A DNA stretch of 64,000 bases, from the NCBI GenBank assembly GCA_947494115.1, contig CANLTT010000001.1, positions 192 to 64,191 of the forward strand, written 5' to 3'. The DNA comes from Candidatus Caenarcanales bacterium (GTDB lineage Bacteria; Cyanobacteriota; Vampirovibrionia; Caenarcaniphilales; Caenarcanaceae). The notes beneath the pieces were generated by a model that saw only the letters and a list, made by a program, of their open reading frames with translations, ran no database searches and was not told the origin of the DNA. The position numbers and the translations under genes were made by a program. Below are positions 29,571-39,117 of the stretch, in pieces. How positions within the stretch are numbered: position 1 is the stretch's first letter; every line of letters starts with the position of its first letter.

Positions 29571-30475
29571 GCATTACAATTCAACAAAATTCAAACCTAG
29601 ATGTTACGACCATTAAGGTTAAACTCAAATATCCCACCAATTATTTTGACCTGCACACTTGGGAATTCTGCCCCTATTCTTTAAAAGCGCAATTGGCCTT
29701 TGAATACAAGTTTTTGGCTTATCATGATTTAGAATATTCGATAACACAAATTTATCCTTATTCTTATAGTATTCTTAAAAAACTAGAGGCCAAAACTGGT
29801 TTTCCGGCTGTACCTCAAGTCAAAATACAATATAAACAAGGCCTTGAAGAAACTTGGCTGGGCGATTCTACCGCAATTACAAAATTACTTGATAGTGTTT
29901 TTCCTGAACATCCTTTGTTCGGTGGTGAAAATGCCAAATTACATTCCGAAATTACTTTTTTAGAAGACTGGATTGATGAAGCTTTTAGACAACCTTATTA
30001 TAAACTTCTGTTTTTAAACAAAAATAATTTACTCAAGGCCAGCAAAAAATGGACACAAGAAGATGAAAGTTTAATTAATAGAGCACGCCTTGAAATTTTT
30101 AAAAAAGAACGTTCTCATTATTATGCAAGTTTTTGTCATAGCAAACAAAAAGCTTTAATTAATGCTTATAAACGCCTCGATGAAGAATTATTACCTTGGA
30201 TTTCTGACCGCTTAGAAAATAATAATGCCGAAGGAATGCCTTTTTTAACTGGTTCGCAAATTACAATTGCCGACTTGGCTTTATATTCTTTTTTAAAGTT
30301 AATTTTGCAATTTGAAGAAGCTAATTTGGTAACAAGACGTTCGGTTTTGCAAAAATATCTCGAAAATCTCGAAAATATTCCACTGGGCAAAGTTCACGGA
30401 AGCGTCAAGAAAGGTTATACTAGACAAAAAATATCTTTGCTCGAAGGTCGTCATAAAATACAAGACGAAGAGTAA
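29567..30475 (+). CDS. Glutathione S-transferase-like protein with a glutaredoxin-type CPYS motif
   Basis: An N-terminal thioredoxin-fold motif ([13 protein letters not shown]) is followed by an all-helical C-terminal domain. Confidence 0.45.
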   Translation: MSITIQQNSNLDVTTIKVKLKYPTNYFDLHTWEFCPYSLKAQLAFEYKFLAYHDLEYSITQIYPYSYSILKKLEAKTGFPAVPQVKIQYKQGLEETWLGDSTAITKLLDSVFPEHPLFGGENAKLHSEITFLEDWIDEAFRQPYYKLLFLNKNNLLKASKKWTQEDESLINRARLEIFKKERSHYYASFCHSKQKALINAYKRLDEELLPWISDRLENNNAEGMPFLTGSQITIADLALYSFLKLILQFEEANLVTRRSVLQKYLENLENIPLGKVHGSVKKGYTRQKISLLEGRHKIQDEE

Positions 30476-30502
30476 AGTTTACAAACCAAATTAATTAAAC
30501 AA

Positions 30503-31273
30503 ATGGAAATTTTTGCCCAAATTATTCAGCTATTGCAAAAACAAATTATTTCAGATCCTTTATTTTTCTTTTTGAGTTCAATTATTTTGCTAAGCGCTAT
30601 TTTGGTAGTTCTTCAACCGAATTTGGTGAGAGCTGGTTTTATGTTAATTGGTTGTTTTGGCGCAATTGCCTTACTTTATTTTTCGCTTGGTGCTGAGTTG
30701 GTGGCCGCCTCGCAAATTTTAATTTATGCCGTTGGTATAACTTTGGTGGTAATTTTTGCGATTATGCTTTTGGCAGGAACGCTTGATAATGCCGAAGAAC
30801 CCAAAGAAGATGATTTAAACCAAAAAGAATTTGCCAGTAGTTTTCATAAAATATTTTCGATCGTTTTACTTTTGGCCTCTTTAGTATTAACCAGATTTGC
30901 TTTTGCTTTAGGCAATATTTGGATAATAATCATTGGCTTTGGGCTTGCTTTTGGGGCTTTTGTTTATATACATAAAGTTTTTCCGTATTTTTTCCGCTTT
31001 GCTTTGCCATTTTTCTCTTTTATTTTGATGAGTTATTCATTTATTGGTTTGTCTTCAGCTTTAACGCCTTCGCCACCTTTTCCACCAGCCCGAGTGAATG
31101 CCTTAATTCAATATATAGAAATTGCTCGTCAAAAAACACCATTCATGCCAAATTCACTCGAAATGATTGGAAACGTTTTATTATCTGAGCAAGTTTTGGC
31201 TTTTGAATTGGTTTCAGTTCTTTTGCTAATTGCCTTTATTGGTGCTATTCTGTTGTCGAAGAAACAAGTTTAA
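30503..31273 (+). CDS. nuoJ: NADH-quinone oxidoreductase subunit J (NdhG/ND6-like)
   Basis: A hydrophobic protein with NuoJ-like N-terminal helices (LSAILVVLQPNLVRAGFMLIGCFGAIALLYFSLGAELVAASQILIYAVG). It is directly followed by nuoK. Confidence 0.7.
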   Translation: MEIFAQIIQLLQKQIISDPLFFFLSSIILLSAILVVLQPNLVRAGFMLIGCFGAIALLYFSLGAELVAASQILIYAVGITLVVIFAIMLLAGTLDNAEEPKEDDLNQKEFASSFHKIFSIVLLLASLVLTRFAFALGNIWIIIIGFGLAFGAFVYIHKVFPYFFRFALPFFSFILMSYSFIGLSSALTPSPPFPPARVNALIQYIEIARQKTPFMPNSLEMIGNVLLSEQVLAFELVSVLLLIAFIGAILLSKKQV

Positions 31274-31282
31274 GAAACGCAT

Positions 31283-31669
31283 ATGCCTAAGAATAATTTT
31301 ATTAAAATAGTTTTAATTACTCTTTGTTTGGTAGTTTTCTGGCTATTTACACTTTTGCAAGCTAGCCTTTTAACCAAGTTCTTAAGCCTCGGAGCGGCCT
31401 TGTTTTGCGTGGGCTTATATGGAGTTTTGACGAGCAAAAGTGTTTTAAAAACTTTAATTTCACTTGAAATACTTTTTAATGCCGCTAATATAAACTTAGT
31501 TGCCTTTTCTCGCTTTACAGACTTAACCTTTGTACGCGGGCAAATATTTGCTTTATTTGTAATGGCAATTGCGGCGGCCGAAGCGGCTCTTGGCTTGGCT
31601 TTAATTATTGCTATTTATCGTACAAAACAAACTTCTAATCTTTCTAAACTTGCCGAACTTAAAGGTTAA
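31283..31669 (+). CDS. nuoK: NADH-quinone oxidoreductase subunit K (NdhE/ND4L-like)
   Basis: Three-TM protein with LFCVGLYGVLTSKSVLKTLISLEILFNAANINLVAFS...AAAEAALGLALI. Confidence 0.85.
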   Translation: MPKNNFIKIVLITLCLVVFWLFTLLQASLLTKFLSLGAALFCVGLYGVLTSKSVLKTLISLEILFNAANINLVAFSRFTDLTFVRGQIFALFVMAIAAAEAALGLALIIAIYRTKQTSNLSKLAELKG

Positions 31670-31690
31670 ACAATCTAAAACTTAATTATC

Positions 31691-32605
31691 ATGCTGAAAA
31701 ATTCTAAAATAGTTGTATTGGCTGGCGGCATCTCAGACGAGAGAGAAATTTCTTTGCGCTCTGGGCGGGGCTGTTTTAATGCTCTCAATCGCTTAGGTTA
31801 TAATGTTTCGCTTTTAGATTTAGAGCAAAGTAATCAAATTGCCCAATTAAATAATTCTGAAGAAATTGATATTGCTTTTTTGTGCACGCACGGAGCCTTT
31901 GGTGAAGATGGCAAATTGCAAGGAATGCTTGAGTGGCGCAAAATTTCTTATACTGGTTCCAAGGTTTTGGCTAGCGCTGTTTGTATGAATAAGCATTTTA
32001 CCAAGCAAATTTTAAAATCTAGCAATATCCAAGTTTCGCCCGGTTGCCTTTTACGTGATGTAGATAAAAACTTAGTAAATTTTCCTATTATGCTTAAACC
32101 ACTAGAATCTGGCTCTAGCATTGGTATAAGAAAAATAAACAATTTACAAGAATTAGAAGGAATTATGGTTGAATATTATTCATCGGCTTCTGGCTGGATG
32201 ATTGAAGAATATATTCTCGGAAGAGAAATTACCGTTAGTTTATTGCAAATTGAAAAAGAATTAAAAGTTTTGCCAATTTTGGAATTAAAAAGCAAAAATG
32301 AATTTTACGATTTAGAGGCTAAATATACGAAAGGAATGACCAAATTTATTTTGCCAGCCCCATTTGATGAAGCACAAAGAAAAGAAATTGAATTAATTGC
32401 CATTAAAACTTTTAGAGCTTTAGGCTGTTCTGGCTTTGGGCGAGTAGATATGATAATTTGCGAAAAAACCAATAAACCAATTGTCCTAGAAGTAAACACT
32501 TTACCTGGTATGACTGAAACAAGCGATTTGCCAGCCCAAGCCAAAGCAGGTGGAATTGAATATGAACAATTAGTTGAACTGATGCTAAAAACGGCTGTTT
32601 TATAA
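31691..32605 (+). CDS. ddl: D-alanine--D-alanine ligase
   Basis: The Ddl N-terminus (IVVLAGGISDEREISLRSG) and an ATP-grasp C-terminus (GRVDMII...LEVNTLPGMTETS) are present. Confidence 0.9.
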   Translation: MLKNSKIVVLAGGISDEREISLRSGRGCFNALNRLGYNVSLLDLEQSNQIAQLNNSEEIDIAFLCTHGAFGEDGKLQGMLEWRKISYTGSKVLASAVCMNKHFTKQILKSSNIQVSPGCLLRDVDKNLVNFPIMLKPLESGSSIGIRKINNLQELEGIMVEYYSSASGWMIEEYILGREITVSLLQIEKELKVLPILELKSKNEFYDLEAKYTKGMTKFILPAPFDEAQRKEIELIAIKTFRALGCSGFGRVDMIICEKTNKPIVLEVNTLPGMTETSDLPAQAKAGGIEYEQLVELMLKTAVL

Positions 32606-32617
32606 TTAGATTATTTT

Positions 32618-33241
32618 ATGCAAATTAAAACCACTCTTCAAACTAAATTTACGCCAGCGGAGCAAGCTAATTCTAAAAAGCTGATAATTGTTCTTCATGG
32701 CCTAGGAGACAGCTTAAATGGTTATTATTGGCTCAAAGAAGAATTAAATTTACCGAGCTTTAATTATTTATTTATCAATGCCCCCGACCCTTATGGTGAT
32801 GGTTTTTCTTGGTATGACCTCGACGGCGGCGACCAACAAACGGGCATACAAAGAAGCCTTAAGCTTTTAACCGCCCTTTTAGAAGAACTTAAGCAAGAAG
32901 GTTGGCTGAGCGAAAACATTATTTTATTTGGTTTTTCGCAAGGTTGTGTAATGTCTTTAACTTTGGCTTTAAGCTATTCTGGCTTATTTGCGGGCATTTG
33001 TGGAATTAGTGGCTATTTGTTTCCGCAAAAAGAAATTTCGGCTTTTGCCCCTAAGCAAAATATTTTAATAACATATGGTAAGTATGATGAAATGGTGCGC
33101 CCTGAGGTTACTCAAGCCAGTATTGCTTCCTTAAGCTCTTTGGGTTTGACGGTTCAAGAAAAGCAATTTGCCAAAGGACACACGATTGATTTTGCGGAAG
33201 AATTTCCCTTCATTACTGACTGGCTTAAGCAATTGCAATAA
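32618..33241 (+). CDS. Phospholipase/carboxylesterase family alpha/beta hydrolase
   Basis: Contains LIIVLHGLGDS and the nucleophile elbow GFSQG. Confidence 0.7.
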   Translation: MQIKTTLQTKFTPAEQANSKKLIIVLHGLGDSLNGYYWLKEELNLPSFNYLFINAPDPYGDGFSWYDLDGGDQQTGIQRSLKLLTALLEELKQEGWLSENIILFGFSQGCVMSLTLALSYSGLFAGICGISGYLFPQKEISAFAPKQNILITYGKYDEMVRPEVTQASIASLSSLGLTVQEKQFAKGHTIDFAEEFPFITDWLKQLQ

Positions 33242-34007
33242 GTGAATAAGAAGAATTACCAACCCCAGCCTGCGTACCTAAAGCTAAACTATTGCCAGTT
33301 TGAAGTGAACCTGGTCTATTGCTTTGTATTTGTGCTGACGTGTTTCCAGCCGTATTAAATTGTATTCCTTGATTGCTTTCAGCCGCCGAAGTAACTCCAA
33401 AACTAGTTGGATTAGGTGTTGGGGCAGAATAACCAACTTGCTCTAAACCGTAAGAATTAAAAACTTGTGTTTGCGGAGCTACAGACACTTTAAGTTGGGC
33501 TTGAGTTGAACCCTTTTTGAATTTAGCAAATATTTGTTTTAAAAGTTGTTGAGCTTTATTATTGCCCTGAGCCGCAAAACTGCCAGAAGAACTAAAATCA
33601 AAAGGACTAGCTGGGGTCGTAACATTTACATTTGGAGCGGCAACCATTTGGCCGTTTGCAAGCTGACCTTGAGTATTAACTCCATTTCCTTGTGCTGAAA
33701 CTTGACCCGCTATGGTGTTTTGAATACCAGCCGAACCCGTTACATTGCCCACTCGTGTAGGCGCAATATTTGGATTATATGTAGGTGTATCTAAGGCAAC
33801 GGCCGCATTTGCCTTATTAAGACTCTGCAAACTACCAGACATTCCACCATTGGCATTTGATTGTATTTGCTGGTTTCCAGCTGGTTTATTTTTTACTTGA
33901 GTTTGATTACCATTTTCATTAGCACTAGCCAAAGCAACTTGATTATTTGAATAACTGTCTGAATAAACGGCTGGCCCAGTAATGCTACCTTGAAAAATAA
34001 GACTCAT
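33225..34007 (-). CDS. Low-complexity Q/N/G/S/T-rich hypothetical protein
   Basis: Extreme compositional bias and no recognisable motifs. Confidence 0.3.
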   Translation of the reverse strand: MSLIFQGSITGPAVYSDSYSNNQVALASANENGNQTQVKNKPAGNQQIQSNANGGMSGSLQSLNKANAAVALDTPTYNPNIAPTRVGNVTGSAGIQNTIAGQVSAQGNGVNTQGQLANGQMVAAPNVNVTTPASPFDFSSSGSFAAQGNNKAQQLLKQIFAKFKKGSTQAQLKVSVAPQTQVFNSYGLEQVGYSAPTPNPTSFGVTSAAESNQGIQFNTAGNTSAQIQSNRPGSLQTGNSLALGTQAGVGNSSYSLIAIA

Positions 34008-34152
34008 AATAGTTAGCTCTCCAAATCAACTTATAAAGTCTTAGTGCCCGTCTCTAAAGAAAAATACTGAGCCAGTTAGGGATATTACTTAAGTTTTAGG
34101 TAATTTGCAGGGAAATCCGACGTTTATGTTAAGAGAGAACTTTTTGCTTGAT

Positions 34153-34749
34153 TTAATGAGGCCAAGTCGAAACCACTTGAAATTTTACTTGCACCTTATC
34201 ATTGAGTCTTATAAATCCGGGGGCTTGTGGTTTTAAATTATAATCAGAAAGCTTAATCCAAAAACTGCCAGTAGCCTTAACTGTTTTGGCCGAAGGCTTG
34301 CTTAATAAAGCCGTAAAAACCACCCGTTTAGAAACATTTTTAATAATTAAACGCCCCGTAATATCAACAAAAGCACCATCATGCGAAAGCAAAACATTGG
34401 TTGAACGAAATTGAACAACACTAGAAGATAAAACCTTGCGCATATTTTCGTCACGCGCGGTGTTTTGAGTAGAAAAAGAAAATGGGTCAAATTCCAGTTG
34501 AATATAATTTACATTTTTAACATCTTTAGAATCAGAAAAAATAAAACCTTTAAATTTATTAATTCGCCCTTGAAACGAATGAAAATTGGAGCCACCATAA
34601 AACTGAAAATTGGTATCAGCAGATATTATTTCTCCTCTTTCGGCCGAAACGGCTAAATTGCAAAAAAAACCCACAACAATCAAGGCAATTAGAGCATAAT
34701 AGCCAGCTTTTTCAAAATTAAAATACAGATTGAATCGCTTTAGCTTCAA
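34153..34749 (-). CDS. YceI-like (polyisoprenoid-binding) family protein
   Basis: A TM/signal-anchored protein with a YceI-like beta-barrel pattern including TQNTARDENMRKVL (compare NAKRDEHL). Confidence 0.5.
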   Translation of the reverse strand: MKLKRFNLYFNFEKAGYYALIALIVVGFFCNLAVSAERGEIISADTNFQFYGGSNFHSFQGRINKFKGFIFSDSKDVKNVNYIQLEFDPFSFSTQNTARDENMRKVLSSSVVQFRSTNVLLSHDGAFVDITGRLIIKNVSKRVVFTALLSKPSAKTVKATGSFWIKLSDYNLKPQAPGFIRLNDKVQVKFQVVSTWPH

Positions 34750-35033
34750 AATAATAATTTAGTTGAGTTTATATAAGCTTAGATGAACTTATTCCCTTAT
34801 ATTTTAAACATTAAGTGGCCAACCTGTCGAAAACATTCTCTTAACAAAGCACTTTGGTTTTTATTGCTTTAATCTAAGCTTTAGTTTGAGATTTTGGATT
34901 TTAATTTTATAAAAATGTTACTTTCTTGTTATTTTAAAGTAATAATATTAAGTATGAGGTAGAAAATATTTAACTACCATCGTAAGTTTGATTAGGTAGA
35001 CTTTTTGCTTTTACTGAATCAAGATTTAAATTT

Positions 35034-35825
35034 ATGCAAGCTTTAACTTATGAAGACCCAATTATTATGAAATCAGACACTACTCCTCCTTTAATACTGG
35101 TTGTTGATGATGAACACGATATAGCTTATTCGATTGAATTTGCCCTTAAACAAGAAGGCTATTTAGCAACTAGTTGTCATGATGGCAAAGAGGCTTTAAG
35201 AATTATACAAACTCAATCTCCAGATTTAATAATTTTGGATGTTTTATTACCCGGAATGAGCGGTTTTGATGTTTGCAAGGAAATTCGCAGTAAAGGCAAT
35301 CAAGTTCCAATTTTAATGCTCACGGCCAAGACCACCGAAATTGATGCTGTAATTGGACTAGAATTAGGTGCTGATGATTATATTCCCAAGCCAGCCCGCA
35401 TGAAAGAATTAATTGCCAGAGTAAGAACTAGATTGCGCAGTTCAATTGTCAGCAATTCTGCCGAAAACAAATCTAATAATAATGGTAATCAAGAAATCGA
35501 AAAAATTACTTTAGGCCCATTACATATCGATTTAGTTGGCCGTACAGTTTTATTAAACGAAAAAGAAATTGAGCTTACACAGCGTGAATTTGAGCTTTTG
35601 AAAACTCTAGCAATTAATCCAAATCGAGTTTTTAGCCGTAATCAGCTTCTAGAGCAAGTTTGGGGTTGGTCTTTTATCGGTGAATCTCGCACAGTTGATG
35701 TTCATATTCGTTATTTGCGTGAAAAACTCGAAAAAGACCCCGCTAATCCAGACATGATTAGAACTGTTCGTGGAATTGGTTATAAACTTGTGCCAATTAG
35801 TGCCACGGCCGAATTATTGTCTTAA
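35034..35825 (+). CDS. OmpR-family two-component response regulator
   Basis: A receiver domain (LILVVDDEHDI...LIILDVLLPGMSGFDV...ILMLTAK) is joined to a winged-helix DNA-binding domain (TQREFELLKTLAINPNRVFSRNQLLEQVWG...RTVDVHIRYLREKLE). Confidence 0.85.
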   Translation: MQALTYEDPIIMKSDTTPPLILVVDDEHDIAYSIEFALKQEGYLATSCHDGKEALRIIQTQSPDLIILDVLLPGMSGFDVCKEIRSKGNQVPILMLTAKTTEIDAVIGLELGADDYIPKPARMKELIARVRTRLRSSIVSNSAENKSNNNGNQEIEKITLGPLHIDLVGRTVLLNEKEIELTQREFELLKTLAINPNRVFSRNQLLEQVWGWSFIGESRTVDVHIRYLREKLEKDPANPDMIRTVRGIGYKLVPISATAELLS

Positions 35826-35829
35826 AATT

Positions 35830-37527
35830 TTATGAGCGTTTCTTAGCCATGAGTTTTTTGGTGCTCTGAAATTTTTTGGCTTTTTCGATTTCTTGTAAAC
35901 ATTCTTCCAAAATTAAACTTAAGTCTTTTCCTTCATTCCACAAGGCAATTGAAAGAATTTCTTCGGAATTATCTTGTATAAAACTTTTGCGTTCAGCCTC
36001 TGACATTTTTATTAATTTATCTTTTAGCTCTTTTGAAGCACTATTTGAAAGATTAGCTTGCCTAATTTGAGCCAAGGCTTCTTCAGACAAAGACCAAAAC
36101 AATAAAGAAACTAAGGTTTTTTCGGCATTATTAGAAGGTTTTGGCTTAGTTTTGGCCGTAAATTTTCTGTTTTGATTTGTATATTCTTTTTGGAATTGTT
36201 GCTTATTTTGCGACGGCAAGGCTTGTGAATTATTTTCAAACAAACTCAAAACCGTGTTTTTACTAAAATTTAGTGCTCGAGCGCAAGCTTCAGCCCAAAG
36301 CTCTTTTTCGATTAAATCATTTTCGCCTTTTAATAATTCAGCCAATTCTTTTAAGGCTTCAGAGCGGGCATTTGGGTCTTGTAAATTAAGGTTTGTGGTT
36401 TTGAGATTAATAATAAATTCATATACTTTCGGTGCGCTTTTGATTAATTCTTCGGCTTGGCTTGCGCTGTTTTTAAGCAAATATTCATCAATGTCTTTAT
36501 AATCACTATTTAGTTTTAAGGCTCTCAAATCTGGCTTATGACTAAAGCGGCTTTCTTGAAAAACTTTAATGGACGCTATCAAAGCCCGTTCCCCAGCATT
36601 ATCATTGTCAAAGCCCAATACAATACATCTAGCCAAATTCGAGGTATATAAAATGCTAGCTTGTTCTTTTGTCAAAGCCGTTCCAAGGCTACCAACAGCA
36701 TAATTCAAACCATTTGCATGAGCCTGAATAACATCAAAATAGCCCTCCAAAAGAAGAATTTGCTTTTGTGCTTTGGTAAAACTTTGGGCAATATTCCAGC
36801 CAAATAAATGTTGCCCTTTTGTATAAATGCTGGTTTCGGGCGAATTTAAATATTTTGGCTGAGTATTATTGTCAAGAGTTCGACCACCAAAAGCTACAAT
36901 ACGACTTTGAGCATCTTTGATGGGAATAATTAAACGATTTCGAAAACGGTCAATTAAAGCTCCAGAATAAGAATCAACTATAAACAAACCACTTTTATTT
37001 AAAATTTCTTCGGGCGGATTCAAGGCCTCTTTTGTAAAATTCAAAAGTGAATCTCGGCTATTGGCGGCAAAACCCAAAGCAAAGTTTTGTATAATTTCGG
37101 TGGATAATTTTCTTTGATTTAATAAATAATCTTTGGCTTGGCCTTTTAAATGGTCTATAAAAAAATTAGTGGCCAAACCATTCAGTTTAAAAATCCAGTT
37201 TTGTTCTTCATTGAGTTCCACCGAAATTTCTTTTTTGATAATTTCTAAGCCACATTCTTCGGCCAAATCCTGCACAACTTCAGAGAAAGCCATTTTTTTA
37301 TATTCCATCAAAAACCTAAACAAATCTCCCGAAGCACCACAAGCAAAACATTTATAAATACCTTTGCTGGGTGAAATATGCAAAGATGGCGATTTATCAG
37401 CATGAAACGGGCAAACTGCCACAAAACTGTTTCCGCTTTTTTTTATAGCTAAATATTTAGAAATTCCCGTTAAAATATCAATGCGGTTTTTAATCTCTTG
37501 CAAAGCGGCCTGAAAAGGTAATTTCAT
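35830..37527 (-). CDS. dnaG: DNA primase
   Basis: A CHC2 zinc finger (CPFHADKSPSLHISPSKGIYKCFACGASGD) and a TOPRIM domain (LLEGYFDV...GFDNDNAG). Confidence 0.9.
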   Translation of the reverse strand: MKLPFQAALQEIKNRIDILTGISKYLAIKKSGNSFVAVCPFHADKSPSLHISPSKGIYKCFACGASGDLFRFLMEYKKMAFSEVVQDLAEECGLEIIKKEISVELNEEQNWIFKLNGLATNFFIDHLKGQAKDYLLNQRKLSTEIIQNFALGFAANSRDSLLNFTKEALNPPEEILNKSGLFIVDSYSGALIDRFRNRLIIPIKDAQSRIVAFGGRTLDNNTQPKYLNSPETSIYTKGQHLFGWNIAQSFTKAQKQILLLEGYFDVIQAHANGLNYAVGSLGTALTKEQASILYTSNLARCIVLGFDNDNAGERALIASIKVFQESRFSHKPDLRALKLNSDYKDIDEYLLKNSASQAEELIKSAPKVYEFIINLKTTNLNLQDPNARSEALKELAELLKGENDLIEKELWAEACARALNFSKNTVLSLFENNSQALPSQNKQQFQKEYTNQNRKFTAKTKPKPSNNAEKTLVSLLFWSLSEEALAQIRQANLSNSASKELKDKLIKMSEAERKSFIQDNSEEILSIALWNEGKDLSLILEECLQEIEKAKKFQSTKKLMAKKRS

Positions 37528-37652
37528 ATAAATAAGTTTTTATAAAATACCTTATGAGTATACTGTGTTTTGTTTTTGACCCGAGATTACAAATTTTGCT
37601 ATTTCAAATCAAGTCGGCTTCCACTTGTTAAAAACCTTATCTCTAGAGTTTA

Positions 37653-37796
37653 ATGAATTTTTTTAGCCTACACACTCTTTGGGTTTTTATTAGTGGAGAT
37701 CTGAAAGCATTATTTGCTAAAGAATTTTACTTTAAAAGAGGATTTTCAGACATGAACCAAGAACCTTTTATTTGTAATTCTTTGCTCAATTAAATC
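37653..37796 (+). pseudogene. Internally deleted remnant of a second copy of the caspase-like peptidase gene (paralogue of 39117..39998)
   Basis: Nucleotide identity to 39098-39165 (including the last codons of the upstream small ORF and MNFFSL.TLW.FISGD) and to 39938-39965 (QEPFICNS). The roughly 800-bp middle is absent. Confidence 0.7.
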
Positions 37797-37917
37797 ACTA
37801 GATGAAGTTTTTGAAAATTAATTAAATTGCTTTCTAAAAATTAAAACAAACTTAAAATTTATTTTGTGCCTTGCTTTAACTGTCCAGAAGTACCAATAAT
37901 TATCTTTACAGTTTTAT

Positions 37918-38499
37918 TTGAAGGAATTTAATTTTATGTCTGTTTTAGGAGTAATAGCTAGTTTGCTTCCACTTACAGGAACCAGCCTGCAATCTCCAGC
38001 TACTCATTTCCCTTTACCTTTAGAAAAATCTATTCCCGCTTCAGAAAGACTTAACAATAAGCAAGCGCAAAGTGGTGGTGGAGAGTTGACAACCTTCGAG
38101 CAACTTATGAACTATATCAAGGTGCAGCCAAGTCCTTATTTTTCTTCTGTAAATGTAGAATATCAAGGTGTTCTTTTTGCATGTATAGCTCAACCAGCTT
38201 CTCAAGCTGATCTAGAAAACTCACCATTTGTAAATATTAGCTGTACAGGACTTAACGGAAAGATCTTAAGGTTTAATAGAAACGGTTCTAAGCAAGAACT
38301 ATTTATAATAACTCCTCTTAATCCCACTTGCTATGGCCAAATCATAGCTAGAGAATATGGTGAAGAGTATTGTTTGCAACCTAGCAATTCTAGAGTTCTT
38401 CCAGCAAACAACTTGCTAAATTGGAATCAAAGATCTTTCTTGCTAAATTGGAATCAAAGATCTTTGGTGAACTCTTCTAATTTTCGCCAGAAGAGTTAA
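37918..38499 (+). CDS. Hypothetical protein with a signal-like N-terminus and a C-terminal tandem 9-aa repeat (LLNWNQRSF/L)
   Basis: An ORF unique to the first copy of the duplicated locus, with no recognisable family. Confidence 0.4.
   Translation: MKEFNFMSVLGVIASLLPLTGTSLQSPATHFPLPLEKSIPASERLNNKQAQSGGGELTTFEQLMNYIKVQPSPYFSSVNVEYQGVLFACIAQPASQADLENSPFVNISCTGLNGKILRFNRNGSKQELFIITPLNPTCYGQIIAREYGEEYCLQPSNSRVLPANNLLNWNQRSFLLNWNQRSLVNSSNFRQKS
38413..38466. repeat. 27-bp perfect tandem repeat x2 (ttgctaaattggaatcaaagatctttc/g) inside the 37918..38499 ORF
   Basis: Direct reading of the sequence. Confidence 0.9.
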
Positions 38500-38538
38500 T
38501 TACAAATTCTGACATAAAACAACCATTTAACCAATACG

Positions 38539-38705
38539 CTGTTCAATTAACCACTTTCAAGCAATTCGGCTTTTTGTTGAAGCAAATTTAAACGCCTTTT
38601 TAAGCCTTCTGGCAGATTTTCTAGTTTTGGGTTTTGCGCAATAACCTTATCTGCTGAGGTTTTAGCTTTTTCAAGAATATCACCATGCAAGGCTAAGCTT
38701 GCTAA
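38539..38705. repeat. Non-coding duplicate of the recG 3' end plus the recG-caspase gene intergenic junction (paralogous to 39999..40165)
   Basis: About 165 bp of near-identical sequence (ctgttca.ttaaccactttcaagcaattcggctttttgttgaagcaaatttaaacgcctttttaagccttctggcagattttctagttttgggttttgcgcaataa...) is present at both places. Confidence 0.85.
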
Positions 38706-38775
38706 TTTTGAAGAGTTTGAGTTAATTTTAGTTAAATCGCTAAATTTCCAAAATTAAGAATGTAATATATTTATA

Positions 38776-39117
38776 ATGGGAATATATACTTTGGTTGATA
38801 AACAAAAGAAAATGGGTAAAAGTAAATATATTTCAAGGCACTTGTTGCCTAGCTTGCCAAATCCTGCTATTACCCTGATCAATAGAGGACTAAGCTCTCT
38901 GTGGGAAATTGAACCTATAGCACTTTCTGATGATTCAATAGCTAATTATCTTTTTCGGCTCAATAAAACCGAGTTTTGGTATTTAAATTCTAATGGTTTG
39001 CCGCTTCCAATTAAGCCAGACAAAATAGGCGAACTGAAAATAATTGATTGTATAGATTTTGAAGACTATGAAGATACAACTGATAAAATTGTCAGAAATT
39101 TATTCTCTAAAGTTTAA
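38776..39117 (+). CDS. Hypothetical small protein, translationally coupled (TAATG overlap) to the caspase-like peptidase gene
   Basis: A 113-aa ORF whose stop overlaps the downstream start. No recognisable motifs. Confidence 0.4.
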   Translation: MGIYTLVDKQKKMGKSKYISRHLLPSLPNPAITLINRGLSSLWEIEPIALSDDSIANYLFRLNKTEFWYLNSNGLPLPIKPDKIGELKIIDCIDFEDYEDTTDKIVRNLFSKV

